Source: an uncultured Acidimicrobiia bacterium (GTDB lineage Bacteria > Actinomycetota > Acidimicrobiia > UBA2766). From it: a DNA stretch of 64,000 nucleotides. Where the stretch lies: contig CAYJLW010000001.1 in assembly GCA_964370965.1 (NCBI GenBank), positions 98,084 to 162,083 on the forward strand. The letters are read 5' to 3'. A program made the position numbers and the translations under genes. Shown here piece by piece: positions 1-8,124 of the stretch. Numbering within the stretch: position 1 is the stretch's first letter; the number at the start of each line of letters is the position of its first letter. A model generated the notes under the pieces. That model saw nothing but the letters and a program-made list of their open reading frames with translations. It made no database searches and had not been told where the DNA came from.

Positions 1-48
1 GAGGTCCGTATCGGCCGCCGGCCCGGCGGTCATGAGCCGCAGGACCGG

Positions 49-54
49 TACAAT
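49..54 (+). promoter_or_regulatory. Probable sigma70-type -10 box (TACAAT) for pdtaS
   Basis: TACAAT at 49-54; SD-like GAGGTG just before GTG at 175. No clear -35. Confidence 0.5.
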
Positions 55-174
55 CCCGGGTTCGCGAGCGTAGAGGAAGCCTGGCGTCGCCGCTGCGGGG
101 CGGTTGCCGGCCCCCGGGGCTCGCGACCAGCACGCGAGCCAGACCCAGAGGCTCTCACGAGCCAGTGAGGTGCC

Positions 175-1653
175 GTGACCACCGTCGCGAATCTTGCCCG
201 CCAGCACGTCGACCTGCCACCGGTCGTCCTCGACCACCTGCAGCGCCTCGTCGGGGAGTGGGAGATCATCGCCGACCTCTACTTCTCGGACCTGCTCCTG
301 TTCGTGCCCGTGGAGGGCGCCGGCCGCTACCTGGTGCTCGCCCACGTGCGTCCCACCAACAGCCAGACGATCTACCGGGAGGACCCTGTGGGGCGGGTCT
401 TCGCTGCTGCCGACCGGCCCTGGGTCGCCCAGGCATGGGCGAGCGGCGAGATCATCGGGGGCGACGTGAGCGAGTCGGTGCGCATCGAGCAGCTCCGCGT
501 GGAGGCCGTCCCGGTGCGCTGTCGCGGCAAGGTCGTGGCTGTCCTGTCCCGTGAGTCCTGGCTCCAGGTCGGCCGCCGGCCCAGCCCGCTCGAGGAGGAG
601 TATGCCGAGGCGGGTGCCGATCTCGCCCGCATGGTCGCCGACGGGGCCTTCCCGTACCACGCCAGCGGCGCCGTTCTGACGGAGACCGTGCGAGTGGGCG
701 ACGGCCTCGTGCGCCTGGACCACGAGCTCCGCGTCCGCTACGTGTCGCCGAACGCGATCTCGGCCCTGCATCGCCTTCGCATCGTCGATCCCGTCGACGG
801 CCTCACGCCGTCCGAGCTCGGCGTGGACGACACCGCCATCCGCACCGCGGTGCGCACGGCGACGTCGGCGACCGGGGAGTGGGAGGGCGGGGCCGTGTCG
901 ATCCTCATGCTTGCCCTCCCCATCATCATCGCGGGCCGTCCCAGCGGGGCGATTCTCGTGGTGCGAGACGTCACCGAGCTGCGGCGCCGCGACCGCCTCC
1001 TCATGTCCAAGGACGCCACGATCCGCGAGATCCACCACCGGGTGAAGAACAACCTGCAGACGATCGCGTCCCTGCTTCGGCTCCAGGCGCGCCGCCTCGA
1101 GTCGCGGGAGGCGAAGGTCGCGCTCGAGGAATCCGTGCGCCGCATCAAGTCGATCGCACTCGTGCACGAGACCCTCGCCCGGGAGGCGGGCGGCATGCTT
1201 CCCTTCGACAGCATCCTGCGACCCCTGGTGCGTGACGTCGAGGAGGGCCTTGTCGGGGACCGCCGTATCGCTTTCGAGATCGAAGGCGACGCCGGGATCC
1301 TTCCCGCGGCCGTGGCCACTCCGCTCGCCGTTGTGCTCACCGAGCTGTTGCAGAACACGGTCGAGCACGGATACCCGGAGGATGACGCCGAGACCTCAGG
1401 GACCGTCCACGTCGAGATCGTGCGCGGCACGCGTCGCATGACGGTGGACGTCATCGACGACGGGGTCGGCTTCGGACCGGGCTTCTCCCTCGAGGAGCAC
1501 GCGAACCTCGGTCTCCAGATCGTGCGCGGTCTCGTGCAGGCCGAGCTCGAGGGCACTCTCGGTGTCGCCAGCGGGGCGACGGTCGGCGCCCATGTCCGCA
1601 TCGAGTTCCCGCTACCCACGGTCACGGACGCGATCGACTCCACATCCCTCTGA
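175..1653 (+). CDS. pdtaS: PdtaS-like cytoplasmic sensor histidine kinase (GAF-like N-terminus, PAS, HisKA_2, HATPase)
   Basis: H-box EIHHRVKNNLQ, N-box ELLQNTVEHG, DDGVG and LGLQIV boxes; no TM segment; convergent with a whiB1-like gene as Rv3220c/Rv3219 are in M. tuberculosis. Confidence 0.88.
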   Translation: MTTVANLARQHVDLPPVVLDHLQRLVGEWEIIADLYFSDLLLFVPVEGAGRYLVLAHVRPTNSQTIYREDPVGRVFAAADRPWVAQAWASGEIIGGDVSESVRIEQLRVEAVPVRCRGKVVAVLSRESWLQVGRRPSPLEEEYAEAGADLARMVADGAFPYHASGAVLTETVRVGDGLVRLDHELRVRYVSPNAISALHRLRIVDPVDGLTPSELGVDDTAIRTAVRTATSATGEWEGGAVSILMLALPIIIAGRPSGAILVVRDVTELRRRDRLLMSKDATIREIHHRVKNNLQTIASLLRLQARRLESREAKVALEESVRRIKSIALVHETLAREAGGMLPFDSILRPLVRDVEEGLVGDRRIAFEIEGDAGILPAAVATPLAVVLTELLQNTVEHGYPEDDAETSGTVHVEIVRGTRRMTVDVIDDGVGFGPGFSLEEHANLGLQIVRGLVQAELEGTLGVASGATVGAHVRIEFPLPTVTDAIDSTSL

Positions 1654-1852
1654 CGAGGGCCCGCCCGGGAGGGGTGCGTTCCCGACCGTCGATGCAGGGC
1701 CTCTGCTGGCACGAGGCGCCGCCGAACCGGAGCAAGGCCGAGGGGCCGGCTTCGCGGGCCGTGGACGGCCCCTCGGCGATGGTGGGCTACTCGCAAGGCC
1801 GGGCTTTGCCCGGCCGGAACGGAGCGAGGCTCGGACGGTGGCCGCGTCGGAT

Positions 1853-1892
1853 GGGGGAGTTCGAGGAGGGACGGGTCCCCCCTCGAAGGATC
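1853..1892. repeat. Dispersed palindromic intergenic repeat, copy 1 (REP-like)
   Basis: GGGGGAGTTCGAGGAGGGACGGGTCCCCCCTCGAAGGATC, ~35/41 identical to 17071-17111; 13-bp imperfect inverted repeat. Confidence 0.7.
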
Positions 1893-2187
1893 AGGCGCTG
1901 CGGCGCTGGCGGGCGAGCCAGCTCTTGCGGAGCTTGCGGCGCTCTTCCTCTGAGGTGCCGCCCCACACGCCCGACTCCTGGTTGGTCGTCAGGGCGTAGT
2001 CGAGGCACTCTCCCCGGACCTCGCAGAGGCGGCAGATGGCCTTGGCGGCCTCGATCTGCTCGAGTGCGGGGCCGGTGGTCCCGACGGGGAAGAAGAGATC
2101 GGGGTCGGTGTCACGACAGGCGGATTCAAGGCGCCATTCGCGGTACGCGATCGGATCGGTCTCAATTGGTCGTTCCAGGGTCTGCAA
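1891..2187 (-). CDS. whiB1: WhiB1-family Fe-S transcription regulator
   Basis: Four Cys (C..C-x2-C-x5-C), DPDLFFPVGTTGPA, GVWGGTSEEER. TTG start at 2187 chosen because GGAGG lies 10 nt upstream; the ORF track extends to 2268. Confidence 0.93.
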   Translation of the reverse strand: MQTLERPIETDPIAYREWRLESACRDTDPDLFFPVGTTGPALEQIEAAKAICRLCEVRGECLDYALTTNQESGVWGGTSEEERRKLRKSWLARQRRSA

Positions 2188-2225
2188 GGTGACCCGCCCT
2201 CCTTCTTGTTCTGCCCCCCGAATAT

Positions 2226-2241
2226 CGTGATTACGTTCACA
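2226..2241. promoter_or_regulatory. CRP/GlxR-type palindromic operator in the whiB1 leader
   Basis: CGTGA-TTACGT-TCACA, a 9/10 match to TGTGA-N6-TCACA; M. tuberculosis whiB1 is a known CRP target. Confidence 0.65.
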
Positions 2242-2251
2242 AGGTCGGCGC

Positions 2252-2294
2252 AAAAAAAAGCCGTTCAAACACCTTGTGCTGGTGGGGTGAACGC
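2252..2294 (-). terminator. Possible intrinsic terminator/attenuator in the whiB1 5' leader
   Basis: Minus-strand CGUUCA..CACC-loop-GGUG..UGAACG followed by GC and U8 (A8 at 2252-2259). Confidence 0.4.
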
Positions 2295-2301
2295 ACGTGT
2301 T

Positions 2302-2330
2302 ACGCTACCGACACATGACGGCCATGTCAA
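2302..2330 (-). promoter_or_regulatory. SigA-type promoter of whiB1
   Basis: TTGACA (2330-2325), exact 17-nt spacer, TAGCGT (2307-2302) on the minus strand. Confidence 0.8.
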
Positions 2331-2376
2331 TGAATTGTTGCTGGCGCTGCAAATTCCCCGTCTGAGCTGCCCTTTC

Positions 2377-3186
2377 ATGTCGATCTTCCCGCCCCGCCGG
2401 TGCTCCGTGGTCGCGCACAGAGGCGCCTCCGCCGCGGCACCCGAGAACACGCTGGTGGCCTTCGAAGCGGCGGCGGCCGCAGGCGCCGACGCTGTGGAAC
2501 TGGACGTCCGCCGCACCCGAGACGACGCCGTCGTCGTGCTCCACGACGAGCGTCTCGAGCGCACCACGCAACTCTCGGGACCGGTGGGAACGATGAACGC
2601 CGCCGAGGTGCGCCGGGCGGACGCCGGGTGGCGTTTCGTCGATTCCGTCGGCGGGCACGCCTTCCGCGACCGCGGGATCGGGATCCCGACTCTTGAGGAG
2701 GCCCTGGACTGCTGCGCGCGGCACGTTCTCGCCGTGAACGTCGAGATCAAGAACATCCCCGGGCGCGAGGGCTTCGACCCGGCATGCACGCTCGCCCGCC
2801 GCGTGGCGTCGCTCGTCGCCGAGCGCCGTGAAGCTGACCGGGTCGTCCTGTCCTCGTTCAACCTCCTCGACCTCCACGCCGTTCGCGAGGTCGCCCCCCA
2901 GGTCGGCGTCGCCTGGCTGACAGTGGGGACGATGGACCCCAGAGTGGCCCTGGACGTCGTCGTGGAGCAGGGTCTCGGCGGTCTTCACGCCGCCGGCGCA
3001 GCGCTGGGCGGTGAGACGGCCGCGGTCGTGGCCGGGTTGGCCGAGGCGGCGGGGAAGTGGCTCATGGCCTGGACGGTCGACGACGCCGACAAGATCCGCG
3101 CGCTCGCCGCCGCCGGCGTGGACGCGATCTGCACCAACGAGCCCGCCCTCGCCAGGCATGCCCTGGAGGCGATCGGGCGCACGTGA
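2377..3186 (+). CDS. Glycerophosphodiester phosphodiesterase (GDPD family)
   Basis: AHRGASAAAPENTL, VELDV, LHD, NVEIK, WTVD motifs; ATG 2377 preferred over the ORF-track start at 2206. Confidence 0.9.
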   Translation: MSIFPPRRCSVVAHRGASAAAPENTLVAFEAAAAAGADAVELDVRRTRDDAVVVLHDERLERTTQLSGPVGTMNAAEVRRADAGWRFVDSVGGHAFRDRGIGIPTLEEALDCCARHVLAVNVEIKNIPGREGFDPACTLARRVASLVAERREADRVVLSSFNLLDLHAVREVAPQVGVAWLTVGTMDPRVALDVVVEQGLGGLHAAGAALGGETAAVVAGLAEAAGKWLMAWTVDDADKIRALAAAGVDAICTNEPALARHALEAIGRT

Positions 3187-3207
3187 CGTCCAGGCGGCGA
3201 CGGCGAG

Positions 3208-4401
3208 CTAGAAACGGTAAGAGAAGCAGCGCTCCGCGAGGGTCCCGATCGCGTAGTGGCGGTAGAGGCCGAAATACATGTTCTTCGTACGGTCGGCCCA
3301 GCGGAGGGCCTTGGGGGCGGCGCAGCGGCGCAGTTCCTGGATGTAGCCGCCCTCGTGGACGGTGTAGAGGGCCCAGGCGCCCGGGTAGTCCTTCGTGGCC
3401 GAGACCTCGGCGTGGGGGACGCGCCCCGTGGCCGGGAAGCGCCGCACACGGTTGCGGTGGGTGTGGCCGGCGAAGAAGCCGTGCACGTTCGGGCGCGTGG
3501 AGAAGACGTCGAGCATCGCAGCGGAGTGGTCGCGGTGGATGCCGAACGAGCGCTTGCGCCTCTTGCGGGGATCCGAGGTGTAGTGGTGGGCGAAGACGAG
3601 AGTCGGGGTGGCCTCGTCTCCGGCGAGTGTGTCTGCGAGGGCTTCCCTCCTCTCGGCGGGGAAGACGCCGCCGTCGCGCCCCGCGTCCACCGTGTCGAGG
3701 AGCACGAGGCGGACGCCGGGGGCTTTCTCGGCCCGGGCGGCGTGGTCGGGCTGACCGAGCGTCAAAAGGCCGTCGACGCCGTTCTGCATGCGGTCGTGGT
3801 TGCCGAGCACGACATGGCAGGGAGCGGCGAGCTCGGCGAGGACCGCTTTGGCGAGCCCGAACTCCTCAGCGCGGCCGTCGCCAGTGAGGTCGCCCTTGAC
3901 CACGACCGCGTCCACCGCCGCGGCGTTGACCTCGGCCACGACCGCTTCGTTCATGTACGCCCAGTACGGGGGGTTCTCGTCGGCGGCACGGAAGATCGGG
4001 CCCTCGTCGCCCGTGGGCCCCAGGCCGCAGACCTTCTCGCCCAGATGCAGGTCCGAGAGCGTGGCGAAGGTGCCGAGGCGTTCGCCGGGTGGAGTGCGCA
4101 GGGTGCGGAACTCCGCCGGGAAGAAGAGGGCGTCGGGGTGGGCGAGCTCGCCGCCGGAGCGGATGTCCACGTCGTAGACGGTGTCCGCCTCCAGGCCTTC
4201 GACGCGCACGAGGCGCACGGCGGACTCCGCCTCGGCGTCCGCGGCGGGCGCGGGAACGATCCTGCGCGCCCCCCCCTCCGCGGGCCGGAGGATGATCTCG
4301 GCGTCCTCGGGGGCCGGAGAGCCCGTGTCGTCGGTGGTGGCGAAGACGAGCGTGAGTGCCGTGTCGGAGACGGAGGAGATCTCCGGGTTCGTGATACCCA
4401 T
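3208..4401 (-). CDS. Calcineurin-like metallophosphoesterase with N-terminal FN3-like domain
   Basis: All five motifs: SDLH, GDLT, GNHD, HH, GHTH; N-terminal VEGLEADTVY resembles a purple-acid-phosphatase FN3 domain. Confidence 0.85.
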   Translation of the reverse strand: MGITNPEISSVSDTALTLVFATTDDTGSPAPEDAEIILRPAEGGARRIVPAPAADAEAESAVRLVRVEGLEADTVYDVDIRSGGELAHPDALFFPAEFRTLRTPPGERLGTFATLSDLHLGEKVCGLGPTGDEGPIFRAADENPPYWAYMNEAVVAEVNAAAVDAVVVKGDLTGDGRAEEFGLAKAVLAELAAPCHVVLGNHDRMQNGVDGLLTLGQPDHAARAEKAPGVRLVLLDTVDAGRDGGVFPAERREALADTLAGDEATPTLVFAHHYTSDPRKRRKRSFGIHRDHSAAMLDVFSTRPNVHGFFAGHTHRNRVRRFPATGRVPHAEVSATKDYPGAWALYTVHEGGYIQELRRCAAPKALRWADRTKNMYFGLYRHYAIGTLAERCFSYRF

Positions 4402-4409
4402 CGCAGCGA

Positions 4410-4419
4410 AGAGTACCGT
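4410..4419. promoter_or_regulatory. Overlapping bidirectional -10 boxes between the phosphoesterase and ligD
   Basis: TACCGT (+, 4414-4419) 6 nt before GTG 4426 and TACTCT (-, 4415-4410) 8 nt before ATG 4401, sharing one TA step. Confidence 0.5.
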
Positions 4420-4425
4420 CGCCGC

Positions 4426-5433
4426 GTGGCCGATCCCGCTGTTGCGTCCAGGCTCCCGGCGCCCTTTGCGCCCATGCTCGCGGTCGCCGCAGCGGCGGCC
4501 TTCGACGACGACGACTGGGTCTTCGAACCGAAGCTCGACGGCGGGCGCGTTCTGGCCTTCGTGGATCGCGGAACCGTCACGCTGTGGGGCCGGCGGGTCC
4601 AGAACCAGACCGCCTGGTACCCCGAGCTCGCCCGGCTGGGCGCGGCCCTCCCCGGGGCCGAGACGGCGGTCCTCGACGGCGAGGTCGTCTGCGCGGGCGA
4701 CGACGGGACACCGTCGTTCTCACGCCTGCAGCACCGGTTCGGCGTCGTGGGCCCGTCCGCAGAGACCCTCGCCGACCACCCCGTGGCCTACGTGGCCTTC
4801 GACCTCCTCTGGCTGGACGGGGAGGATCTCCGAGGGCTGCCCCTCGAAGAGCGCCGGGTCCGCTGCGACGCCGCCCTTGTGGAGGTCGCCGACCTCGCCC
4901 GCGCCCGGGCCGTGCGCGGGGCCGGGAGGGCCCTCTTCGCGGAGGTCGCCGCCGCCGGTCTTGAGGGTGTCGTGGCGAAGCGCCTCGCATCCCGCTACCG
5001 GCCGGGGGTGCGGAGCCGGGACTGGCTCAAGGTCAAGCTTCACGACGACGTCGACGTGGTGATATGCGGGTGGACGCAAGGCCGGGGGCGGCGGGCCGGG
5101 GGCATCGGCTCCCTTGTCATGGGTGCTCACGACGGCACCGGTCGCCTCGTCCACGTGGGCCAGGTCGGCACGGGCTTCAGCGACGACGACCTCGGCGTGC
5201 TCGCCGCCGGCCTCGGCCCGCTGCGCACGGCGGAGAGCCCCTTCCCGGACGACTGGGACGTCCCCGAGGTCCCTGGCGTCACCTGGGTGCGTCCCGAGGT
5301 CGTGGCCGTCGTCCGCCACAGGGGATGGGGCGGCGAGGGCCGCCTACGGGCGCCGTCGTTCCTCGGTATCCGCTCCGACAAGGACCCCGAGGAGTGCGTG
5401 TTGGAGCCGCCGGAGGCCCCGGCGGCTACTTGA
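4426..5433 (+). CDS. ligD: ATP-dependent DNA ligase, stand-alone LigD/LigC-type ligase domain
   Basis: EPKLDG (motif I), VLDGEV, AFDLL, EGVVAK, WLKVK, OB-fold LRAPSF..IRSDK; no polymerase or phosphoesterase domain; ku nearby. Confidence 0.88.
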   Translation: MADPAVASRLPAPFAPMLAVAAAAAFDDDDWVFEPKLDGGRVLAFVDRGTVTLWGRRVQNQTAWYPELARLGAALPGAETAVLDGEVVCAGDDGTPSFSRLQHRFGVVGPSAETLADHPVAYVAFDLLWLDGEDLRGLPLEERRVRCDAALVEVADLARARAVRGAGRALFAEVAAAGLEGVVAKRLASRYRPGVRSRDWLKVKLHDDVDVVICGWTQGRGRRAGGIGSLVMGAHDGTGRLVHVGQVGTGFSDDDLGVLAAGLGPLRTAESPFPDDWDVPEVPGVTWVRPEVVAVVRHRGWGGEGRLRAPSFLGIRSDKDPEECVLEPPEAPAAT

Positions 5434-6157
5434 CGGCTTTCACCGGGGAGAAGGCCACGAGAGCGGCTCCGGTGAGGGCGAGGGCCATCGCCACCGCCAG
5501 CCACGGCGCCGGGTCGTAGCCCGTCGCGGGCAGCGTGCCGGCGCCGGTGCTCGACACGGTGGTACCAGCCACGCCGGATGTCGCCGTGGGTGTGGGTGTC
5601 GGGGTGGGGTTGTTGCACGGCGGCGAGTCCGGCTGGTCGTACTGCATGCCGTCGATGATGTTGTTGAAGCCGAGTTGGTCCCACCCGGTGTCGAGCAGCT
5701 TCGGGATCACGGTACCCCCGCGGAAGAAGTCCACCTGGGAGGCGCACACCTTCTCGGCGGACGTGGGGAGTTGGACCTCCCAGTGGTACTCGCCCGGAGC
5801 CTGGAGCGTCTTGATGTCGTACTTGTACAGCGTCTGATTCGTGGGCCAGTGGCTGCCGTCGTCCTTGACGAAGACGGCCAACTGGACGGCGAGTGGGTCA
5901 GCGATCTCCGTACCGAGCACGCAGTCGACGGAAGCGGTCGTTCCGCTGACCTTGATCCACTTGCCCCGTTCCCAGCGCGCACCGCCGAGCTCGAGGCAGT
6001 CGAGCGAGGGAGTGGCGCTCGGGGTGGCCGAGGGGGTGGGGGAGGGCGACGAATCCTCCGCCGCCGCGGGCGCGGCCAGACAAGCGACTACCGCGAGGGC
6101 GCCGGCAAGTGCGCGTATCGCGCGGATCGGGCTCGAAAGTGTCGTTCTCAACACCAT
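5426..6157 (-). CDS. Secreted protein with LPxTG-like sorting signal
   Basis: Signal peptide, PT-rich linkers, four Cys in the mature part, C-terminal LPATG + hydrophobic helix + KAVK. Confidence 0.65.
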   Translation of the reverse strand: MVLRTTLSSPIRAIRALAGALAVVACLAAPAAAEDSSPSPTPSATPSATPSLDCLELGGARWERGKWIKVSGTTASVDCVLGTEIADPLAVQLAVFVKDDGSHWPTNQTLYKYDIKTLQAPGEYHWEVQLPTSAEKVCASQVDFFRGGTVIPKLLDTGWDQLGFNNIIDGMQYDQPDSPPCNNPTPTPTPTATSGVAGTTVSSTGAGTLPATGYDPAPWLAVAMALALTGAALVAFSPVKAVK

Positions 6158-6259
6158 AGGTCTTCGCCCATATTGGCACTTCTCCTGCCCGGATGTGCGA
6201 ATCCCCCGACGGGTGGCGACGACGGGGCCGTAGACACCCGACCCGTGCCCGCTCTCGCC

Positions 6260-7078
6260 TCAGCTCCCGGTGTCGGCCTGGCGGTCGTCTCTGCCCTCTC
6301 GCGCCCGGGCCCGCGCCACGGAAGCCTGCAGCGCCTCCATGAGGTCGACGATCTTGCCCGCCGGTGCCGCTGCCGGGGCCAGGACCGCCTCTCCGGCGAG
6401 CTTGGCGTCGACGGCGGCGAGGATGCGTTCCCGGGTCTCGTCGTGGAAGCGCTCCGGCTCGAAGTGACCGGCGGTCGCCTCCACCAGTTGGCGGGCCATG
6501 GCGCGTTCGGCCTCCGTGATCTCCGTCTCGCGCCCGGCGCCCTCGACGTCAGGCACCCGGATCTCGTCGGGCCAGAACATCGTCTCGAGGACGAACACGG
6601 CATCGCGGAGACGCAGGGTGGCGACGTACTGCTTTTCCCGGATCGCCATCCGGCACAGCGCCACGAGGCCGGACTCGGCGAGGGTCTCCGCGAGGAGCCG
6701 GTAGGCCTTCAGGGCGCCTTCGTCCTCGGGGCCGAGGTAGTACGACTTCCGGTAGTAGATGGGATCGACCTCGGCGAGGGGCACGAACGCCACGATGTCT
6801 ATCGTCCGTGACGACTCCCCGTGGAGCTCGGCGAGCTCGTCGTCCGCGAACGTGACGTAGCGCCCCTTGCCCACCTCGTAGCCGCGGATGATCTCCTCGG
6901 GCGGCACCGGGCCGGCGTCCTCCTGGCCCTCCGCCACCTTCTGGTAGCGGATCCGGGCGCCGTCGGCGGCGCGGAGCTGGTGGAAACGAACCGACTTCTC
7001 CTCGGTCGCCGAGTACATGGCGACCGGTATCGTCACCAGCCCGAAGCTGATGGTTCCTTTCCACAACGCTCTTGCCAC
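6260..7078 (-). CDS. ku: Ku protein (NHEJ)
   Basis: MARALWKGTISFGLVTIPV, RIRYQKV, DPIYYRKSYYL, VDLMEALQAS; TAGCAT 6 nt upstream (leaderless). Confidence 0.96.
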   Translation of the reverse strand: MARALWKGTISFGLVTIPVAMYSATEEKSVRFHQLRAADGARIRYQKVAEGQEDAGPVPPEEIIRGYEVGKGRYVTFADDELAELHGESSRTIDIVAFVPLAEVDPIYYRKSYYLGPEDEGALKAYRLLAETLAESGLVALCRMAIREKQYVATLRLRDAVFVLETMFWPDEIRVPDVEGAGRETEITEAERAMARQLVEATAGHFEPERFHDETRERILAAVDAKLAGEAVLAPAAAPAGKIVDLMEALQASVARARAREGRDDRQADTGS

Positions 7079-7129
7079 ACCGACATGCTATGAGCGCTGC
7101 GGGAGGCTTGGTCACCGCTGGGGGACGTC

Positions 7130-7840
7130 TTGGCGTATTCGCGAAACCGAGATGCCACGGGGATCGACTCCCTGGAACGACTCCGGGCGGACGTCGTCGC
7201 ATGCCGCCGCTGCCCCCGGCTCGTCGCCTGGCGGGAGGAAGTCGCCCGCCGGAAGCGGGCGGCGTTCGTCGGGTGGGACTACTGGGGGCGGCCCGTCCCG
7301 GGATTCGGCGACCCCGCGGCACGCCTGTACGTGCTCGGTCTCGCCCCCGCCGCGCACGGAGGCAACCGCACGGGCCGGGTCTTCACGGGCGACCGCTCCG
7401 GCGACTGGCTGTACGCGTCCCTCCATCGCTGCGGGTTCGCGAACCAGGCCCGTTCGGAGTCCTCCAGCGACGGCCTCCGCCTGTGCGACGCGTACGTCGC
7501 CGCTGCCGTGCGTTGCGCCCCGCCGGCGAACCGCCCCACGGTGGAGGAGAGGGAGAGCTGCGCCCCCTTCCTCGTCCGTGAGGTGGGCCTCCTGACCCGG
7601 CTTCGCGTCGTCGTCGCCCTCGGCGGCTTCGCCTGGGACGCGGCACTCCGCCACCTCGGGCCTGTGCGCCCGAAGCCTCGCTTCGGCCATGGGGCGGAGA
7701 CGCCGCTCCCGGGGGGTGGGCGCCTGCTCGGCTCCTACCACCCCAGTCAGCAGAACACGTTCACGGGCCGGCTCACGCAGGACATGTTCGACAGCGTGTT
7801 CCGGCGGGCGAGGGACCTGCTCCGCTCCAAGGAGCCCTAG
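7130..7840 (+). CDS. udgB: Family 5 uracil-DNA glycosylase (UdgB, Fe-S)
   Basis: CRRCPRL, GLAPAAHGGNRTGRVFTGDRSG, RCAPPANRP, YHPSQQNTFTG. Confidence 0.92.
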   Translation: MAYSRNRDATGIDSLERLRADVVACRRCPRLVAWREEVARRKRAAFVGWDYWGRPVPGFGDPAARLYVLGLAPAAHGGNRTGRVFTGDRSGDWLYASLHRCGFANQARSESSSDGLRLCDAYVAAAVRCAPPANRPTVEERESCAPFLVREVGLLTRLRVVVALGGFAWDAALRHLGPVRPKPRFGHGAETPLPGGGRLLGSYHPSQQNTFTGRLTQDMFDSVFRRARDLLRSKEP

Positions 7841-7939
7841 TCGAAGGGGGTTGTCGCTACCGCTGTGGAGACCGCTGCGACGAGGACCAGTCCGGACGGA
7901 GTCGCTTCGGCCGGCGGTGCTTCAGGCGGGAGCGGGGCG

Positions 7940-8102
7940 GGAAGAGACTGGGTCGCACGACGTCCCGGGCGACGCCCGGCGCCCTGTCGGATCGGTACCT
8001 CTCGTAGGGGTGCACGACCTCTCCTGTGGCTGCGGTGGGGGGGCTGCGTTCAACGCAGGGATCGGCACGACAACGCCCGGAATTAGGGGCGGGTTCTCTT
8101 CC
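7940..8102 (+). ncRNA. Candidate structured non-coding RNA, family unknown
   Basis: Nested stems 7940-47/8095-8102, 7965-71/8074-80, 7985-93/8060-67 closing three apical hairpins; five G-U pairs favour the + strand; lies between convergent genes. Confidence 0.5.
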
Positions 8103-8124
8103 AGGGCCGGCGGGCGCCCAGCAG

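Noticed and set aside
44-58. Identical 15-mer ACCGGTACAATCCCG at 44-58 (+) and 61847-61833 (-)
   Set aside because: Explained by a shared -10 hexamer in GC-rich flanks; a few 15-mer matches are expected by chance in 64 kb on both strands.
3256-4425. N-terminal extensions in the ORF track (ligD from 3256; also 11884, 15895, 20978, 21717, 29606, 32932, 36319, 61354, 61955)
   Set aside because: They overlap real opposite-strand genes or promoters; homology and start signals begin downstream.
7841-7850. TCGAAGGGGG after the udgB stop matching one arm of the dispersed repeat
   Set aside because: A 10-nt half-match without the partner arm; could be chance.
7940-8102. Assigning the structured RNA as a SAM-I, TPP or cobalamin riboswitch, RNase P, SRP, tmRNA or group II intron D5
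   Set aside because: Only short fragments resemble these (CGUAGGG, GUCGCACG, AGAACCCG); core motifs are missing, and the element lies between 3' ends.
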